Below are positions 62,045-64,000 of a stretch of 64,000 nt of DNA, piece by piece. The notes under the pieces are model-generated. The model was not told the origin of the DNA. It searched no databases and was given only the letters and a program-made list of their open reading frames with translations. A program made the translations under genes and the position numbers. Position 1 is the first letter of the stretch. Every line of letters starts with the position of its first letter. Where the stretch lies: positions 2,041,105 through 2,105,104 of the forward strand of contig NW_026943821.1 of assembly GCF_035594765.1 (NCBI RefSeq), given 5' to 3'. The stretch comes from Anolis carolinensis (taxonomy: Eukaryota).

Positions 62045-64000
62045 GTAGAGTCTCACTTATCCAACACTCGCTTATTCAATGTTCTGGATTATCCAATGCA
62101 TTTTTGTAGTCAATGTTTTCAATACATCGTGATATTTTGATGCTAAATTCATAAATACATTACAGTAGAGTCTCACTTATCCAACATAAACGGGCTGGCA
62201 GAATGTTGGATAAGCGAATATGTTGGATAATAAGGAGGCATTAATGAAAAGCCTATTAAACATCAAATTAGGTTATGATTTTACAAATTAAGCACCAAAA
62301 CATCATGTTATACAACAAATTTGACAGAATAAGTAGTTCAATACGCAGTAATGTTACATAGTAATTACTGTATTTATGAATTTAGCACCAAAATTTCACG
62401 ATGTATTGAAAACATTGACTACAAAAATGCGTTGGATAATCCAGAACGTTGGATAAGCGAGTGTTGGATAAGTGAGACTCTACTGTAATTACAACATAAC
62501 ATTACTGCATATTGAACTACTTTTTCTGTCAAATTTGTTGTATAACATGATGTTTTGGTGCTTAATTTGTAAAATCATAACCTAATTTGATGTGTAATAG
62601 GCTTTTCCTTAATCCCTCCTTATTATCCAACATATTCGCTTATCCAACATTCTGCCGGCCTGTTTATGTTGGGACTAAAATGTTGCAGAACAATGTCAAG
62701 AATTTCCAAAAACTAATCAGAAAGAACAGAAGCACAATTTGGATATTTAAAAAGGGGAAGCAACCACATAGCACTATAATAGCAAACAATACAATTCCAC
62801 CGATAATGCATAATGAGGATTTTATTAAATCGTGGCGCAACCATCATTATAATAACATAGGATTTGGTTTGGAACGTGGTGACCTAATTGTTCTGTATGG
62901 TCCTGGTCACGTCCAGCTCCTTTCCACAAGAATCACCAGGAAGGTGAAATTACATTATTTAGAAAAGAACTTCATTAGAAGCCGATGTATCAACTGTCCA
63001 TAGGATGTGTACAGCAATGATGTTGGGAAGATCCAATCCATCATGGAATGCTGAATCAAAAGCCAAAGAGAGAAGAAAGTTAAGTGAGATTACTTTTGGA
63101 AAAGTTTGTCAGAGGCAATGTCACCAGTAGAGTGGCTTAAGGCACATCTATACTGTTTTAGACTATTTCTGTACGTAGACGACACGGTCCTTCTATCGTA
63201 TATTAATTTTAGTTTGACTTTGCAATGACTGAAATCCCACCCGGCCAAAAATGCACCCCAAACCTACTTTGTACCATATATACCAGGGGTCCTCAAACTT
63301 TTTAAGCCGAGGGCTGGTCCACAATCCTTCAGACTGTTGAGGGGCCAGATTATCATTTGAAAAAAATACAAACAAATTCCGATGCACACTGCATATGTCT
63401 TATTTGTAGTGCAAAAACAACAACAACAACAATGAAAGAACAATACAATATTTAAAAATAAAAAAATTTAACCAACATACATTTTTCAGGATTTCAATGG
63501 GAAGTGTGGTCCTGCTTCTGGCCAATGAGATAGTCAAGTTAATTAGGGTTGTTGTTGTTGTTGTTGTTGTTGTTGTTATGTGCCTTCAAGTCATTTCAGA
63601 CTTTGGGTGAGCCTAAGTCTAAAATTTATTTATTTATTTATTTATTTACTATATTTATTTACTACATTTGTATCACACCCTTCTCACCTCAAAGGGGACT
63701 CAGAGTGGCTTACAAATTATATGTACATACAATATATTATATTATTAGCATAGCACAATATTAGCATTATATATTACTATATTGAACTATACCACTATAG
63801 TAAAGGTAAAGGTTTCCCCTGACGTTAAGTCCAGTCATGTCTGACTCTGGGGGTTGGTGCTCATCTCCATTTCTAAGCCGAAGAGCCGGCGTTGTCCATA
63901 GACACCTCCAAGGTCATGTGGCCGGCATGACTGCATGGAGCACTGTTACCTTCCCGCCGGAGCAGTACCTATTGATCTACTCACATTTGCATGTTTTCGA

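Noticed and set aside
62680-62900. Minus-strand hydrophobic stretch (SLCIIGGIVLFAIIVLCGCFP) resembling a retroviral env transmembrane segment
   Set aside because: Short, preceded by stops, and with no other env, pol or LTR evidence. A profile search would be needed.

Overview
Vertebrate genomic DNA from a squamate, most likely an Anolis-type lizard. The assignment rests on Sauria SINEs, R4/Dong-type LINEs in (TAA)n and squamate-style MITEs and Helitrons. There are five N gaps. The ORF track misses most real genes because they are spliced. Manual exon reading gives five apparently intact genes in this order: APOC1 (+, 7537-9279, 94 aa), APOC2 (+, 16677-22048, 100 aa), a 5-exon trypsinogen of a divergent fish-like type (+, 26489-36218, 253 aa), a CXCR3-like receptor with an ERY motif (-, 41623-39526, 357 aa) and CXCR3 (-, 46969-45875, about 364 aa). 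Between the trypsinogen and the CXCR3-like gene lies a decayed second copy of APOC2 exon 3 plus its downstream intron, interrupted by a retro-insertion and a solo LTR. The rest is dense in repeats: many R4-clade LINE fragments, an L2 split by a solo LTR, L1 and RTE-X fragments, Helitrons, hAT and Tc1/mariner MITEs, and several minisatellites. One 63-bp minisatellite is expanded inside a mariner element in frame with its transposase N-terminus and also occurs free of the element. Repeat boundaries are read by eye and are approximate unless a TSD or TIR is quoted.
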